This document shows, piece by piece, positions 28,983 to 39,805 of a DNA stretch of 64,000 bases. The DNA lies in NCBI GenBank assembly GCA_016185435.1, contig JACPNN010000013.1, positions 3,396 to 67,395 on the forward strand, written 5' to 3'. This stretch comes from Candidatus Aenigmatarchaeota archaeon. GTDB taxonomy: Archaea; Aenigmatarchaeota; Aenigmatarchaeia; QMZP01. The position numbers and the translations under genes were made by a program. The notes under the pieces were generated by a model that did not search any database, had not been told where the DNA came from, and saw only the letters and a list, made by a program, of their open reading frames with translations. Position 1 is the first letter of the stretch. Each line of letters opens with the position of its first letter.

Positions 28983-30278
28983 ATGAAAAGTTACGGTTAC
29001 GTGCAGGAATCCCCGGCTCCAGCCCTGCAGTACAGCTTCGGCAGCATAGAGTTCATCGGGATGTTCGCGACCGTCAAGATGGGGGAGATGCCTGCTGTCT
29101 TCAATGTGGGAGAAGGCGGCAGCGTGATGTGGGGAAGGCCCCTGGCCAGAAACAACCATATTTTTTTCGGCGCCTGCGACAAGAGGCTTTATTGCATTGA
29201 TCTGGAGGGCAGGGAAGTGTGGCATTTCGAGACCAACGGGCCTGTTGCAGGCTACCTTGCCATGGACAATAATGCCATTTATTTCGGCTCATATGACCAC
29301 AATTTCTACGCCGTATCGTTTGAAGGCAGGCTGCTGTGGAAGTTTGCGGCGCAGGGAAAGATCTATTCCAAACCGCTTGTCCTGGAGGGCAGGATATTTT
29401 TCGGCTGCGAGGATGGCAACCTGTATTGCCTCGGCAAGAAAGGGAAGCTCTTATGGACATTTTCTGCAAAGGCCCAGATTCCCAACGGCGCCTGCCTCGG
29501 GGATGGCTGCATATATTTCGGCAGCTATGACAGGAACCTGTACTGCCTCGGGCTGGACGGCAACTTGAAATGGAAGTTCGAGGCCAACGGGATAATAACA
29601 TGCGTCCCTGCATATCACAAAGGCATTGTCTATTTCTCAAGCTACAACAAGAGGCTTCATGCGGTCAGGCATGACGGAAAGCTCCTATGGACGTATAACC
29701 TGAAGGACCAGACCTTCGGGAATCCTGTAGTACATGGGAATGAAATTTATCTGGGCAGCCACAGCGGCATGGTGAGGGCCTTCTCCCTTGGCGGCAGGCT
29801 TTTGTGGGACTTCAGGGCAAAGGACTGCACGTCTGATGAGCCTTCATTCGATGGCAGGAATATGTATATCGGCTCTGCAGACTTCAATGTCTATGCTGTA
29901 TCCCTGAAGACCCATGGGCTGGTGTGGAAGGCCACCACTTCAGGCGCGACGTGGTGCATGCCTCTGGTTTACAAGGATAGGCTTTTCATAGGCTCCCACG
30001 ACTGCAAATTCTTTGCATTCGGCACAAAGGATGGCAGGAAGCTGTGGGAGTTTGGGACAAGCTCAACTATACAGGCGCCTTTCGAGCCTGACACTGTCGC
30101 AGGTAGGGAAAAGGTGTTCGAGGTTGTCTGGCGGCCAATACCAGAAGCAAAAGAAGATGAGAAATACGGGGCAGTGGCAAGGCACCAGGAAGATATGGGA
30201 AGCGTGTATGGAAGCCTTGATACAGGATATGCCAGCTCAAGAAAAGAGTACACAGGAAAGAAAAAAGGCTACAGGTAA
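28983..30278 (+). CDS. PQQ-like (BamB-type) beta-propeller repeat protein
   Basis: Repeated IYFGSYDxxLYxxxxxGxLxWxF blades. Confidence 0.88.
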   Translation: MKSYGYVQESPAPALQYSFGSIEFIGMFATVKMGEMPAVFNVGEGGSVMWGRPLARNNHIFFGACDKRLYCIDLEGREVWHFETNGPVAGYLAMDNNAIYFGSYDHNFYAVSFEGRLLWKFAAQGKIYSKPLVLEGRIFFGCEDGNLYCLGKKGKLLWTFSAKAQIPNGACLGDGCIYFGSYDRNLYCLGLDGNLKWKFEANGIITCVPAYHKGIVYFSSYNKRLHAVRHDGKLLWTYNLKDQTFGNPVVHGNEIYLGSHSGMVRAFSLGGRLLWDFRAKDCTSDEPSFDGRNMYIGSADFNVYAVSLKTHGLVWKATTSGATWCMPLVYKDRLFIGSHDCKFFAFGTKDGRKLWEFGTSSTIQAPFEPDTVAGREKVFEVVWRPIPEAKEDEKYGAVARHQEDMGSVYGSLDTGYASSRKEYTGKKKGYR

Positions 30279-30279
30279 T

Positions 30280-30912
30280 CTACTCTCTCATCCTCACAAA
30301 CGCGCATCCTCCATGGCTTTCAGTCCGCAGGCTCTTCTTTTCCTTTACCCCAAGAATCAGTTCCTGATAAAAATCCCCTGGCCTGGACACAGGCGCTGCT
30401 ATCCTTCCCCCATCCTTCAGTTGCCGCGCAAGCCTCCTGAAAGTCTCCATGTCTATTCCGCAGCTTATCACAATAATGTCATAAGGCTTCTTTTTCTCAT
30501 ATCCCTTGGACCCGTCAGAAACTATCACTTCAACATTTTTTATCTCGGCCAATTTCAGATTCCTTTCAGCGAATTCAGCCAGCATAGGGTCTATTTCCAT
30601 CGCATAAACCTTCCTGCAGAGCCTTGAAAGTATTGCAGCCTGGTATCCCGAGCCGGCCCCTATTTCCAGGCACTTGTCTCCTTTTTCGGGCGAGACAAGC
30701 TCTGCCATCATGGCCACCATGTGAGGAGCCGATATAGTCTGGCCGCTGAACAGAGGCAGAGGCTCATCGGCATAAGCATATTTCCTGTGTTCAGGCATGA
30801 CGAAAAGCTCCCTTGGAACAGAAAGAAAGGCCTTTCTCACATTTGCTGTCTTGATATAGCCTTCCTTATGAAGCCTTTCTGCAAGGCTTTCAGCTTCAGA
30901 CATGCTCATCAC
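30280..30912 (-). CDS. pcm: Protein-L-isoaspartate O-methyltransferase
   Basis: VPRELFV, GQTISAPHMVA and LEIGAGSGYQAA. Confidence 0.95.
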   Translation of the reverse strand: MMSMSEAESLAERLHKEGYIKTANVRKAFLSVPRELFVMPEHRKYAYADEPLPLFSGQTISAPHMVAMMAELVSPEKGDKCLEIGAGSGYQAAILSRLCRKVYAMEIDPMLAEFAERNLKLAEIKNVEVIVSDGSKGYEKKKPYDIIVISCGIDMETFRRLARQLKDGGRIAAPVSRPGDFYQELILGVKEKKSLRTESHGGCAFVRMRE

Positions 30913-30943
30913 CGATTTATAGTATGGAAGCAGAAGTTATAAG

Positions 30944-31597
30944 ATGGACTTCTTCATTGGCCAGAGGAGTGAAGCAGGGAGAGCAGTGTCTCTTGCAAGG
31001 GAGCTTGGGTGGAGCAGCATCTGCATCCTTTCCGGCTCCGGGGAGGAGGCCATGCCTTCGGAACCCGGGATTGATATTTACAGGGGCATCCTGATGGAGC
31101 CCAAAAAGCAGCCTGAGCTGGAGGAGATGGTAAGCAGGTTCAGGAAGAGCGCTGAGGTGCTGGCCGTCAAAGGAGGGGACATAGACATGAACCGCGCTTC
31201 CATTGAGGCCGGCGGGATTGACCTTCTGGTGGACCCGTTCACTGACTACAGCGACGGCATGGACTATGTGATGGCAAGGCTGGCCAGAAGGAACAGGGTC
31301 ATGATAGGCTTCGCTTTCTCAAGCCTCCTGCACTCGGCAAGGCAGAAGAGGGCGGACATTTTCTCAGGCATGCTGTCGGTCGCTTCCCTTGTCAGGAAAT
31401 ACAAGACGGGCTTTGCTCTTGGCTCCTTCGGCCTGACGGCCTATGACATGAGGGCCCCGTCAGAAATCATGTCCTTCGGAAGGCTGCTGGGCTTCGATGA
31501 CAGGCAGATAAAAAATGCCATGGCCTGCACAGTGATCAGGGAAAACAGGGAAAGGCTTAGCAGCAAGTGGGTTATGCCGGGGGTCGAAAGAGAATGA
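30944..31597 (+). CDS. rnp3: Ribonuclease P protein component 3 (Rpp30)
   Basis: VKGGDIDMNR, MDYVMARLA and YDMRAPSE motifs. Confidence 0.8.
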   Translation: MDFFIGQRSEAGRAVSLARELGWSSICILSGSGEEAMPSEPGIDIYRGILMEPKKQPELEEMVSRFRKSAEVLAVKGGDIDMNRASIEAGGIDLLVDPFTDYSDGMDYVMARLARRNRVMIGFAFSSLLHSARQKRADIFSGMLSVASLVRKYKTGFALGSFGLTAYDMRAPSEIMSFGRLLGFDDRQIKNAMACTVIRENRERLSSKWVMPGVERE

Positions 31598-31601
31598 AGG
31601 A

Positions 31602-31874
31602 TTAATGCTGCCCGACAACAAGCTTCTTCAGCTTTTTTGAAAGGGTGCTTGGAGATCTGTTGTTCACGTCATAGCCAAGCTCATCCAACTTTTTTGGCAG
31701 CTCTTCTGGCGAATATTTGCCTTCTACACTTGCCGGACCTGATCCCAATAGGGCCAATTCAAACAAATTTTCCGATGGCAGGTAGAGGACAGACAAACGA
31801 GCTTTTCCATTCGCCATCAGACGCCAGTAATCTCGTGTTCGTCTGATCCATCTTTCCTTATAGCGGACTGTCAT
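31602..31874 (-). CDS. Hypothetical protein
   Basis: Start MTVRYKE; 90 aa. Confidence 0.5.
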   Translation of the reverse strand: MTVRYKERWIRRTRDYWRLMANGKARLSVLYLPSENLFELALLGSGPASVEGKYSPEELPKKLDELGYDVNNRSPSTLSKKLKKLVVGQH

Positions 31875-32018
31875 CAGATATGTTGAAAGAAAGGAATAAA
31901 AACATGCAAGATTCCAAATTTTGCCTCTGACAACTGGCGGCAACCAGGCCAAAGCATTTAAGCATATCAAATAATTATTATTTGTAGCGCATCCGTAGTG
32001 CAAAGGTATGGTATAGCT

Positions 32019-32198
32019 ATGCAAAAGACAGCCATGGTGCCGATAAAGGCCTACAGGAAGGAAACCCTGCTGGTGCCTGTCCGCATCACACAGGAGCAGA
32101 ACAGGTATCTGCAGGAGTTTGTCGAGAAGGGCATGTTCTCCAGCAGGCAGGACGCCATAAGGTTCATGATATCGGAGAAGATGCTGAGGGAGAAATAG
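32019..32198 (+). CDS. Ribbon-helix-helix (CopG-like) protein
   Basis: VPVRITQEQNRYLQEFVEKGMFSSRQDAIR. Confidence 0.75.
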   Translation: MQKTAMVPIKAYRKETLLVPVRITQEQNRYLQEFVEKGMFSSRQDAIRFMISEKMLREK

Positions 32199-32240
32199 CT
32201 CTTTCTTTTTATATTTTCCTGAATTGGTTTAAGTGGGATT

Positions 32241-32885
32241 ATGAGTTCGGCGGACAGACAGGGGAAGGGCCTGGATTATCTTGAAGTCAAAGGCGGAAAA
32301 GATGCTCTTTTGGTGGGCCTCCATGGCAGAGGAAGCTCCCCTGAAGGCTTCGCCTCAGTTGCAGAGCTGATTTCCCCTGACTTCACATATATTTTCCCAA
32401 GGGCCCCTTTCAGGTTCCTGAACGGATATGAATGGTACCATTTCGATGACAGGCAGGAGGAAGGGATAATGAGGAGCATGGAGCTTCTGGGCAGATTCTT
32501 TTCAGAAATAAAGGAAAAATATCAGGCAGGCAAAGGAAAAATAATTCTTTTCGGCTTCTCACAGGGGGCTGTCATGGCCTTCCACTATGGCCTCCAGCAT
32601 CCCCGGATTTTCTCGGGCCTGATAGGCATGAGCGGCTACCTGTATCGGCCTGAGAGGCTCTCCAGACTGATATCAAAGGAAGCGGAAGGAATGCCTGTCC
32701 TGATCATCCATGGAAGCAGGGATGAAGTGATAACAGATGAATTCATGACAGGAAGGGAAATCGAAACCTATCTCAGAGGATTCAGGATAGGCGCTGAATT
32801 CCTGGAGTTCGATATGGGGCATGAGGTCACAATGGAGTCGCTTGATGCTGCAAGGAATTGGATTGAAGCGAGAATCAAGAAATAG
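32241..32885 (+). CDS. Phospholipase/carboxylesterase (alpha/beta hydrolase)
   Basis: LHGRG, GFSQG, HGSRDEV and MGHEV. Confidence 0.9.
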   Translation: MSSADRQGKGLDYLEVKGGKDALLVGLHGRGSSPEGFASVAELISPDFTYIFPRAPFRFLNGYEWYHFDDRQEEGIMRSMELLGRFFSEIKEKYQAGKGKIILFGFSQGAVMAFHYGLQHPRIFSGLIGMSGYLYRPERLSRLISKEAEGMPVLIIHGSRDEVITDEFMTGREIETYLRGFRIGAEFLEFDMGHEVTMESLDAARNWIEARIKK

Positions 32886-33516
32886 TGATTATCTTTCCCA
32901 CGCTGTTTCTGGCCCCATTATCATCCTTTACCGTCAGCCACACAGCATATTCCCCCGGCCTGCTATAGGTCGCCTTCACCGTCCTGCCTTCAGCCTGCCT
33001 GCCGTCGCCAAGGTCCCACCTGAATTTTATTATCCTCCCGTCCCTGTCATAGCTCCTGTCCGCATCAAGAGTTATTTCCTCGTTCACGGCACCTTCGTCA
33101 GGCATTTCCAGGATGGGGACAGGCCTCTCATTGTAGAGCTTTGGATATACCCCACTGACTTTCACAGTCATGGATATGGAGTTCTTCTTCCCTTTCCCGT
33201 CCTCAACAACAAGCTTTGCGGCATACTCGCCTGGGAAATCATAGCTGTGGCCTATCAGCACGTCTTCTCCTCTGGATCCGTCGCCAAAGTCCCATTCATA
33301 GGAAATTATGCTTCCGTCGCTGTCATAGCTCTCAGAAGCATCGAAAGTTATTTCTTCTGTTTCGAACGGCTCTGAAGGGGAATAAGAGAAAGCAGCATAG
33401 GGAGGATAATTTGCCGCAATGTAGCCTGTCGGCTCAAAAAGGGCCAGATATCCTGCAAACAGGAGGCCTATCACTGCAAGGCCGAAGTACAGGAGGTAGA
33501 TTCTGCGCTCCATCAC
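32875..33516 (-). CDS. Membrane-anchored PKD-domain protein
   Basis: N-terminal TM helix plus two PKD repeats (SYDSDG..YEWDFGDG). Confidence 0.88.
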   Translation of the reverse strand: MMERRIYLLYFGLAVIGLLFAGYLALFEPTGYIAANYPPYAAFSYSPSEPFETEEITFDASESYDSDGSIISYEWDFGDGSRGEDVLIGHSYDFPGEYAAKLVVEDGKGKKNSISMTVKVSGVYPKLYNERPVPILEMPDEGAVNEEITLDADRSYDRDGRIIKFRWDLGDGRQAEGRTVKATYSRPGEYAVWLTVKDDNGARNSVGKIITIS

Positions 33517-33560
33517 ATATATTTTGCAGCCTTCAGCTTATATTCAGCCGGCTTTCCTGA

Positions 33561-34433
33561 TTATGCCAGGCCAATTTTTTTCCTGAACTCATAAACTTCT
33601 CTCTCTATATTTCTTCTTCGGGCAAGAGCAATTTCATATGCTCTGATTGAGCTTATTTGAGCATACTGCATCGCATCCTCTTTTGAAAAGCCTGCATCCA
33701 ATGCCTCAAAAAGATCAATGGCCTTTGAATATGTGAGAGCAGGATGAGCTATAGATGTCCATGGATGCTTTTTCCCGATTCTAGATGCACGTTCATGTAG
33801 AACGTAAGAAGGCACCCCGATTATTTTTCCCATGTCTTTATAGGACAGGTTTGACTCAATCATGATGGCCGTTTCCGCAAGCCTGTTTCCCTCTTCTGAA
33901 AGCAATTTCCTCTCTCTGGCGCCGTAAAGGGGCTTTTCTTCTGCCTCCTTAAGTATCATGCCTACCTGTGTAAAGGATATTCCGCACCTCTCGCCTAACT
34001 CCATTAGAGACAGCTTCTCGCCTGAATCCTTTGCCTCATAATAGGCTTCAAATAGGCTGACTATGGACTCAAAAGATGTCTTATGCGTCTTCTTTTTGTA
34101 ATGGCGCTCCAAGGCTTTCCTGAGAGGCCTGGACTTCTCAGCCTTTTTGAGTGAAATCAAATATATTGTTTCGGCCAGATCTTTCAATGAATCTTTTCTC
34201 ATCGCTGCTTCTTTTCTTCTTACTTCCTTTCTCCTTTCTTTCCATTGCCCATGCAGATTTCTTTTTATCAATTCCTTCCGTATCGTTTCGCGGCTGACAT
34301 TAAATTCAGCTTTCATTTGCCACAATGAGCTCCCTTCTGCGGCATAGGCCCCGAGGTCGCCATATTTTTCCTTCTGCAATGGCTCATGGCCCTTTTCAGG
34401 AGGATTCGATTTCGGATGCTCGAAGTTGGACAT
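33561..34433 (-). CDS. Hypothetical multi-HTH protein
   Basis: Several HTH-like segments (FNVSRETIR; [18 protein letters not shown]). Confidence 0.65.
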   Translation of the reverse strand: MSNFEHPKSNPPEKGHEPLQKEKYGDLGAYAAEGSSLWQMKAEFNVSRETIRKELIKRNLHGQWKERRKEVRRKEAAMRKDSLKDLAETIYLISLKKAEKSRPLRKALERHYKKKTHKTSFESIVSLFEAYYEAKDSGEKLSLMELGERCGISFTQVGMILKEAEEKPLYGARERKLLSEEGNRLAETAIMIESNLSYKDMGKIIGVPSYVLHERASRIGKKHPWTSIAHPALTYSKAIDLFEALDAGFSKEDAMQYAQISSIRAYEIALARRRNIEREVYEFRKKIGLA

Positions 34434-34549
34434 ACATAGAATTGCAGGCAAATTTTATATTCGGCAGGAGGTTGAAAATGGCATACGCTTGTACTGGCCA
34501 TCAGAGCTTTCAAAAGCTTTTAAAACCATTCCGGCCTATTATTGCAAAT

Positions 34550-36553
34550 ATGGCTGAACTGCTCGTACCTTTTGCGGCCAGCATCCTTGCCATACTTTTC
34601 TCAGTCTACCTGATATTCGATGTCAGGAAGAGGCCTGCCGGAACAAAGAAGATGCAGGACATTTCAGGAGCAGTGAGGCAGGGCGCCATGGCCTACCTTG
34701 CAAGGGAATACAAGACCATAGCCGTCTTTTTGGTTCTGATATCGATAGCGCTATATGCCTTCCTTCCGCAGGACTCTAAAATGCCTACAGTCATCACATT
34801 CCTTCTGGGGGCCATATTTTCAGCCTCGGCAGGTTTCATAGGCATGAAGATGGCCCTGACAGCAAACGTCAGGACAGCGGCTGCTGCTGAAAAAGGTTTG
34901 AAGCAGGCCCTTGAAGTCGCTTTCAGAGGAGGAGCCGTCACTGGGATGCTTGTTGTCGGCCTCTCTCTGCTGGGAATCGTGATTTCCCTTTACTTATTCA
35001 GAGAACCCATACTGATTGTGGGTTTTGGTTTTGGCGCAAGCCTTGTAAGCCTCTTTGCAAGGATAGGCGGAGGCATATATACAAAGGCTGCTGATGTGGG
35101 CGCTGATCTGGTAGGGAAAGTGGAAGCCGGAATTCCGGAAGACGATCCAAGGAACCCTGCAGTGATAGCCGACAATGTGGGTGACAATGTGGGTGACTGT
35201 GCGGGAATGGCCGCAGACCTGTTTGAGACATATGCTGTCACAGTTATAGCGGCCATGCTTTTGGGAAGCCTCCTGGCTTCAACTGTGGGCCCTTCAGGGA
35301 CAAACATTCCCCTCCAGATAGCCAGTGCATCAATAATAGCGAGCATAATAGGCATCTTTTTTGTGAGATTGGACCGGAGCGGCAATATAATGAGAGCCCT
35401 GTATAAGGGCCTTATAGCCAGTGTTGTTGTAGCAGGCATTGTTTTCTATTTCATCCTGCCTGATTTCAGCCTCCTGCTATCGGCATACACAGGCCTTTTC
35501 GTGGCTCTCATTTTCTTCGCGATAACAGAATACTACACAGGCAAGAGCTGGCCTCCGGTCAAGGGCATAGCAGAAGCGAGCAGGACAGGCCCTGCGACCA
35601 ATATCATTTCAGGGATATCCGTCGGCCTGATATCCACTTGGATGCCCACGGTTGTCGTGGTGGCAGCAATACTGCTTTCCCATTACCTCGCAGGCCTCTA
35701 TGGGATTGCCATAGCCGTGACAGCCATGCTGGGGATGGCAGGCGTGATCATAGCCCTTGACAGCTACGGCCCCATAACCGACAATGCCGGGGGGATAGCT
35801 GAAATGGCAGGCCTGGACAAAAAGGTGAGAAGAATTACTGATGCCCTGGATGCAGTGGGGAATACAACAAAAGCAGTGACAAAAAGCTTTGCCATCGGAT
35901 CAGCAGCCCTAGCGGCCTTAACCCTGTTTGCAGCTTTTGTTATAGAAGTCGAAAAGGAAAGGATAAAAATAGGGAAGATTGACAAGCTGGTATTCAGCCT
36001 CTCAGATCCCTATGTTCTTTCAGGCCTTCTGATAGGGGCTCTCATACCTTTTGTTTTCTCAAGCTTAGTTATAAAATCAGTAGGAAGGGGGGCATTTTCT
36101 GTAGTGGAAGAAGTGAGAAGGCAGTTCAAATTGGGAATATTGGAAGGAAAGGCAAAGCCTGATTATGCCAGGGCAGTGGATATTGTGACTAAAGCTGCCC
36201 TGAAAGAAATGACTCTTCCGGCTTTAATCGCTGTTCTGGCGCCATTGCTGGTTGGCCTCCTGCTTGGGCCATTGGCATTGGGAGGCCTCCTGCTGGGATG
36301 CATCTTGACCGGATTTCTCATGGCCACCCAGATGTCCACCGGAGGCGGGGCCTGGGACAACGCGAAGAAATATATAGAGGACGGCCATCTTGGAGGGAAA
36401 GGGTCGGATGCGCACAAGGCCGCTGTGGTCGGGGACACGGTAGGCGACCCGTACAAGGACACTGCCGGCCCCGCAATCAACCCGCTGATAAAGGTGATGA
36501 ACACGATAGCGATAATATTTGTCGGGGTTATTGTGGCCTTCGCTCTTGTGTGA
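34550..36553 (+). CDS. hppA: Membrane-bound H+-translocating pyrophosphatase, K+-independent type
   Basis: [20 protein letters not shown] and GNTTKA (Lys at the K+-dependence position). Confidence 0.95.
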   Translation: MAELLVPFAASILAILFSVYLIFDVRKRPAGTKKMQDISGAVRQGAMAYLAREYKTIAVFLVLISIALYAFLPQDSKMPTVITFLLGAIFSASAGFIGMKMALTANVRTAAAAEKGLKQALEVAFRGGAVTGMLVVGLSLLGIVISLYLFREPILIVGFGFGASLVSLFARIGGGIYTKAADVGADLVGKVEAGIPEDDPRNPAVIADNVGDNVGDCAGMAADLFETYAVTVIAAMLLGSLLASTVGPSGTNIPLQIASASIIASIIGIFFVRLDRSGNIMRALYKGLIASVVVAGIVFYFILPDFSLLLSAYTGLFVALIFFAITEYYTGKSWPPVKGIAEASRTGPATNIISGISVGLISTWMPTVVVVAAILLSHYLAGLYGIAIAVTAMLGMAGVIIALDSYGPITDNAGGIAEMAGLDKKVRRITDALDAVGNTTKAVTKSFAIGSAALAALTLFAAFVIEVEKERIKIGKIDKLVFSLSDPYVLSGLLIGALIPFVFSSLVIKSVGRGAFSVVEEVRRQFKLGILEGKAKPDYARAVDIVTKAALKEMTLPALIAVLAPLLVGLLLGPLALGGLLLGCILTGFLMATQMSTGGGAWDNAKKYIEDGHLGGKGSDAHKAAVVGDTVGDPYKDTAGPAINPLIKVMNTIAIIFVGVIVAFALV

Positions 36554-36567
36554 ATTTTTCTGGAAAT

Positions 36568-36792
36568 ATGATAATCTCCGTGAAAGTCCATCCGAATTCA
36601 GGCAGGAAAGAAATCATGGAAAAGGGCGGGGTCATCCATGCCTACCTGAAGTCTGCAGCCGAGGCCGGAAAAGCCAACAGGGAGCTGGTCTCCCTTCTGG
36701 CTGAAAAATACGGGATCCATGAAAGCGATGTGAAAATAGCCGGAGGGTTTTCTTCCAGAACCAAGATGATAGAAATAAAGGGCAAAAGCTGA
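36568..36792 (+). CDS. DUF167/YggU family protein
   Basis: VKVHPNS, AEAGKANRELV and GFSSRTK. Confidence 0.88.
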   Translation: MIISVKVHPNSGRKEIMEKGGVIHAYLKSAAEAGKANRELVSLLAEKYGIHESDVKIAGGFSSRTKMIEIKGKS

Positions 36793-36914
36793 GTGCTTTA
36801 TTTAAAAATCCCCTCTTGTTTAAAGTTCTGTGTCACAACATCTATGTGGTGATTCAGGAGATGTATAAAGCTAGAATCTGGATTAAAGACACATTTCATT
36901 ACAAGGAGAAAATT

Positions 36915-37160
36915 ATGCCTGAATTAGTTTCCATAGAAAGTATGCCCATAGAAGCAAAGATTGAATTACTTAAGGAATTGGAATATAATTCAGATGGTAT
37001 ATTTGTTCTTGATAAGAATGGCAAGAAACATCTTGACAGGTATACTGGACAGCCTGTCAGAATAGACAACATGGTCATTTTCTCAGGAAGCACAATCGTA
37101 CTGGACAACAACCCGCTCAGTATATCCTCCTTCTTGGAGGAGTTTGGAGATGTCATCTGA
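36915..37160 (+). CDS. Hypothetical protein
   Basis: AGGAG SD; AT-rich; overlaps the next ORF. Confidence 0.65.
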   Translation: MPELVSIESMPIEAKIELLKELEYNSDGIFVLDKNGKKHLDRYTGQPVRIDNMVIFSGSTIVLDNNPLSISSFLEEFGDVI

Positions 37161-37848
37161 TGAACCGAATCCGACTGCTGATATAGCAGAGGGTGTTACA
37201 AAAGGGGTGCTTGATTGGTCATTAGATAAAATAAAAGAATTGGCCAAAAAGTTCAGAAACAGAGAGCTTGTTTTTATCAAAGATGTTGAAACAATTAACA
37301 TTGCAAAGGAACAAAGAGCTTCTTCAGAATGGGAGATTTTCAAACACTATATAGATGATAGAAAATTTCGTATCCTTTTTCAGATGGGGTTGACTTTAAG
37401 AATATTGGAGAGGGATAAGAAGAATGAAAAATTAGATAGATTAAGAAAAATAATTAGAGATAGATATGACACCAATGGTTTGCATGTAGCCCAAACCATC
37501 CAGAGCGGTATTTTTAACAAATATATTGGAATAGTTTTAGGGACGACTACGACTCCACAAAAACTCAAATTTGAGATTAACAATTTGTTTGAAAATATTG
37601 AAAAAACAGTAGCTTTTATACAAACGACAGATGATGTGGACAAAAAAACAAAGGAAATATATATAAAAATAAATGCAAATAGCCCAAAAACTTTCATAAT
37701 TTCAAGTTTTGGAACAACTATGGATGCTTGTGAGAAAATTAAAGATGGTGTGATTGAGGAAATTTCGGGTTATGAATGTGAATTATATGCGACAAAAAAT
37801 AGGAAGGTTTATTTCTTGACTAAGATAGAAAATGAAGATTCTGTTTAA
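37150..37848 (+). CDS. Hypothetical protein
   Basis: Long AT-rich ORF coupled to the upstream ORF. Confidence 0.7.
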   Translation: MSSDEPNPTADIAEGVTKGVLDWSLDKIKELAKKFRNRELVFIKDVETINIAKEQRASSEWEIFKHYIDDRKFRILFQMGLTLRILERDKKNEKLDRLRKIIRDRYDTNGLHVAQTIQSGIFNKYIGIVLGTTTTPQKLKFEINNLFENIEKTVAFIQTTDDVDKKTKEIYIKINANSPKTFIISSFGTTMDACEKIKDGVIEEISGYECELYATKNRKVYFLTKIENEDSV

Positions 37849-37948
37849 AAACTCACCATCCTGTTTAATAAGTCGCCCTCAAAAGAGAGTTTTTAAACAA
37901 AGCCAAAGCTGAGAAAACTTTATATTATACATTACACAAAATATCCGT

Positions 37949-39478
37949 ATGCATTACAGACTCCTTTCTGTTATCACTGCTTTTGCCATACTACTCTCCC
38001 CCCTTGCTTTCGCCCTCCAGCCGGCCCCCTGTTTTGACTATTACAGGTATGGGGAGCTGAAGTTCGACTGGTTCCACCCCGAGAAGATAGCTTATAATGC
38101 AGGGGAGCAGCTTATCGGTAAAGTTGAATTGAAGAACACTTTGCCCTATCCCATCGCACAGGGAAACATCAAGGTATTTGTCCTGTACAGAGGTGAGAAG
38201 GACATAGACACGATATATGGGGATGAGATTATAGATGAATTCTTCCTTCCGGAAGAAGTGAATCTGAGGCCGGGCGAAACATACAAGGCAGGCTTCACCT
38301 GGGAAATACCGGGTGATGCCAAACCGGGAGTGTATGCACTTAACGCCTATCTGATGGAGACCACAAACTTCAACCTTGCAGGCCTCGCGTTCACAACCTC
38401 AACGCCTGCCGCCACTTCCACCTTTACCATAAAAAATTCAGGCTCATATGTGGTCACTGGCCTTGACAGGCCTTCAATCGCCATCAATGGGAAGAAATAC
38501 GCAGAGAGGACATTTGTTCCTTTCTTCAGCCCCGGCGAGACCATAACAATAACAGCAAGTATGGCCGGGGATGCGGACATGCTGGACAAGGAGCTCTATT
38601 CATGGGATGACAACTCGGGAACCCTTCTCTCAGGCGAGAATGAGGAGGATTTGAAGAAGGGCCAGAAGGTGAGCTTCATGCTGCCAGGCCTCAAGGAAGG
38701 CGCATATTTAGCCAAATTCACCTCAATCAGGGACGGCAGCGCCTCAATCCAGCTTGTCAGGTTCGCGATACCCGGCAATGTGCCCAGGATACAGCATACA
38801 GGCCTTGACAGGTTCCCGCTCAGGAAGGGGGAAAAGGCCACCCTTCACATCTGCGCCACCAATTCTGCTGGCCAGGCAGGGGATCCGAGGCAGATAGACA
38901 CAACTATTGATATCAGTCTGAATGACAGGAATGGAAAGGTTCTGTTCTCTGATTCCTACACCGGGAAAATAAGCTCTGATGTGCACGGCTTCACTGCTGA
39001 ATTTGCCTCCCCGTCAGACCTTTGCTTTGCCTCCATTGAAGCGAAAATGGCATCAGGAAGCAGCATACAGCAGACAGCCCATGTGTATGACGCATCTGAA
39101 TTCACTTCGGGCCAGAAGAACGACATACAGCTTACAGGAGGCGTCTCGGGAGGCAGGCTGGCATACAGAGCCATTGCCACAGGGGCAGGAGGCTGCCCAG
39201 CAGGCGGAGAGATGATTTACTATATTCTTGACGGGAATGGAAATGTGGCCAAATGGGCAAAGGGCAGAGCTTCAGGGGAAATTGACACAGCAGGCCTGCC
39301 CAAGGGCGCTTACACGCTGAAGGCCACTGACGAGACAGGGGCGGTGGCCGAGATGCCGTTCGAGGTCGCAGTTGAGGATAAGAAGGACAACACGATGCTG
39401 TTTATAATAATCGGGGCCATAGCTGTCATAGCCTTCGCGGCCATGGTATTCATGGCTGTCAGGAAGAAAGAGAAGTGA
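37949..39478 (+). CDS. Exported Ig-like domain surface protein with C-terminal TM anchor
   Basis: Signal peptide, beta-rich domains, TM helix and RKKEK tail. Confidence 0.8.
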   Translation: MHYRLLSVITAFAILLSPLAFALQPAPCFDYYRYGELKFDWFHPEKIAYNAGEQLIGKVELKNTLPYPIAQGNIKVFVLYRGEKDIDTIYGDEIIDEFFLPEEVNLRPGETYKAGFTWEIPGDAKPGVYALNAYLMETTNFNLAGLAFTTSTPAATSTFTIKNSGSYVVTGLDRPSIAINGKKYAERTFVPFFSPGETITITASMAGDADMLDKELYSWDDNSGTLLSGENEEDLKKGQKVSFMLPGLKEGAYLAKFTSIRDGSASIQLVRFAIPGNVPRIQHTGLDRFPLRKGEKATLHICATNSAGQAGDPRQIDTTIDISLNDRNGKVLFSDSYTGKISSDVHGFTAEFASPSDLCFASIEAKMASGSSIQQTAHVYDASEFTSGQKNDIQLTGGVSGGRLAYRAIATGAGGCPAGGEMIYYILDGNGNVAKWAKGRASGEIDTAGLPKGAYTLKATDETGAVAEMPFEVAVEDKKDNTMLFIIIGAIAVIAFAAMVFMAVRKKEK

Positions 39479-39567
39479 GATATGAAATCCTTTGTCTGGC
39501 TGGTTTTTGTGGTGCTAATTGAGTAGTGCTTTCTATAAAAATCGAAAGATTTACAAGGAAAAGAAAA

Positions 39568-39713
39568 TAGCGGGGGATGGATTTGAACCATCGGCCTCTG
39601 GGTCTCTCAGCAGGAGCATATGAGCCTTCCGCAACCCTTTTCCGCAAGCGCTTTTGTGACTTATATCCAGGGCAAAGGGTTTCAGCGAGCACTCCTAGCT
39701 GCTCCACCCCGCT
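39568..39713 (-). tRNA. Initiator tRNA-Met(CAU) with two introns (56 nt at 29/30: 39627-39682; 15 nt at 37/38: 39604-39618)
   Basis: Spliced product AGCGGGGTGGAGCAGCTAGGAGTGCTCG CTGGG CT CAT AA CCCAG AGGCCGATGGTTCAAATCCATCCCCCGCTA; A1-U72 and three G-C anticodon-stem pairs; both junctions fold as BHB. Confidence 0.92.
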
Positions 39714-39805
39714 ATGAGAATATATTTGACCCTGTGCGCTTTATATGCTTGCTTTTTGCTTTCACAGAGAAAGTTTTTGTTCTTGAATCATATGATTCTT
39801 ACATG

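Noticed and set aside
28983-30278. Propeller repeats as a DGR or other diversifying target
   Set aside because: Repeats are degenerate protein-level blades; no reverse transcriptase or adenine-specific TR/VR pair seen
34325-34549. Long N-terminal extension of hppA
   Set aside because: Overlaps the divergent gene and the promoter region; hydrophobic PPase sequence starts at 34550
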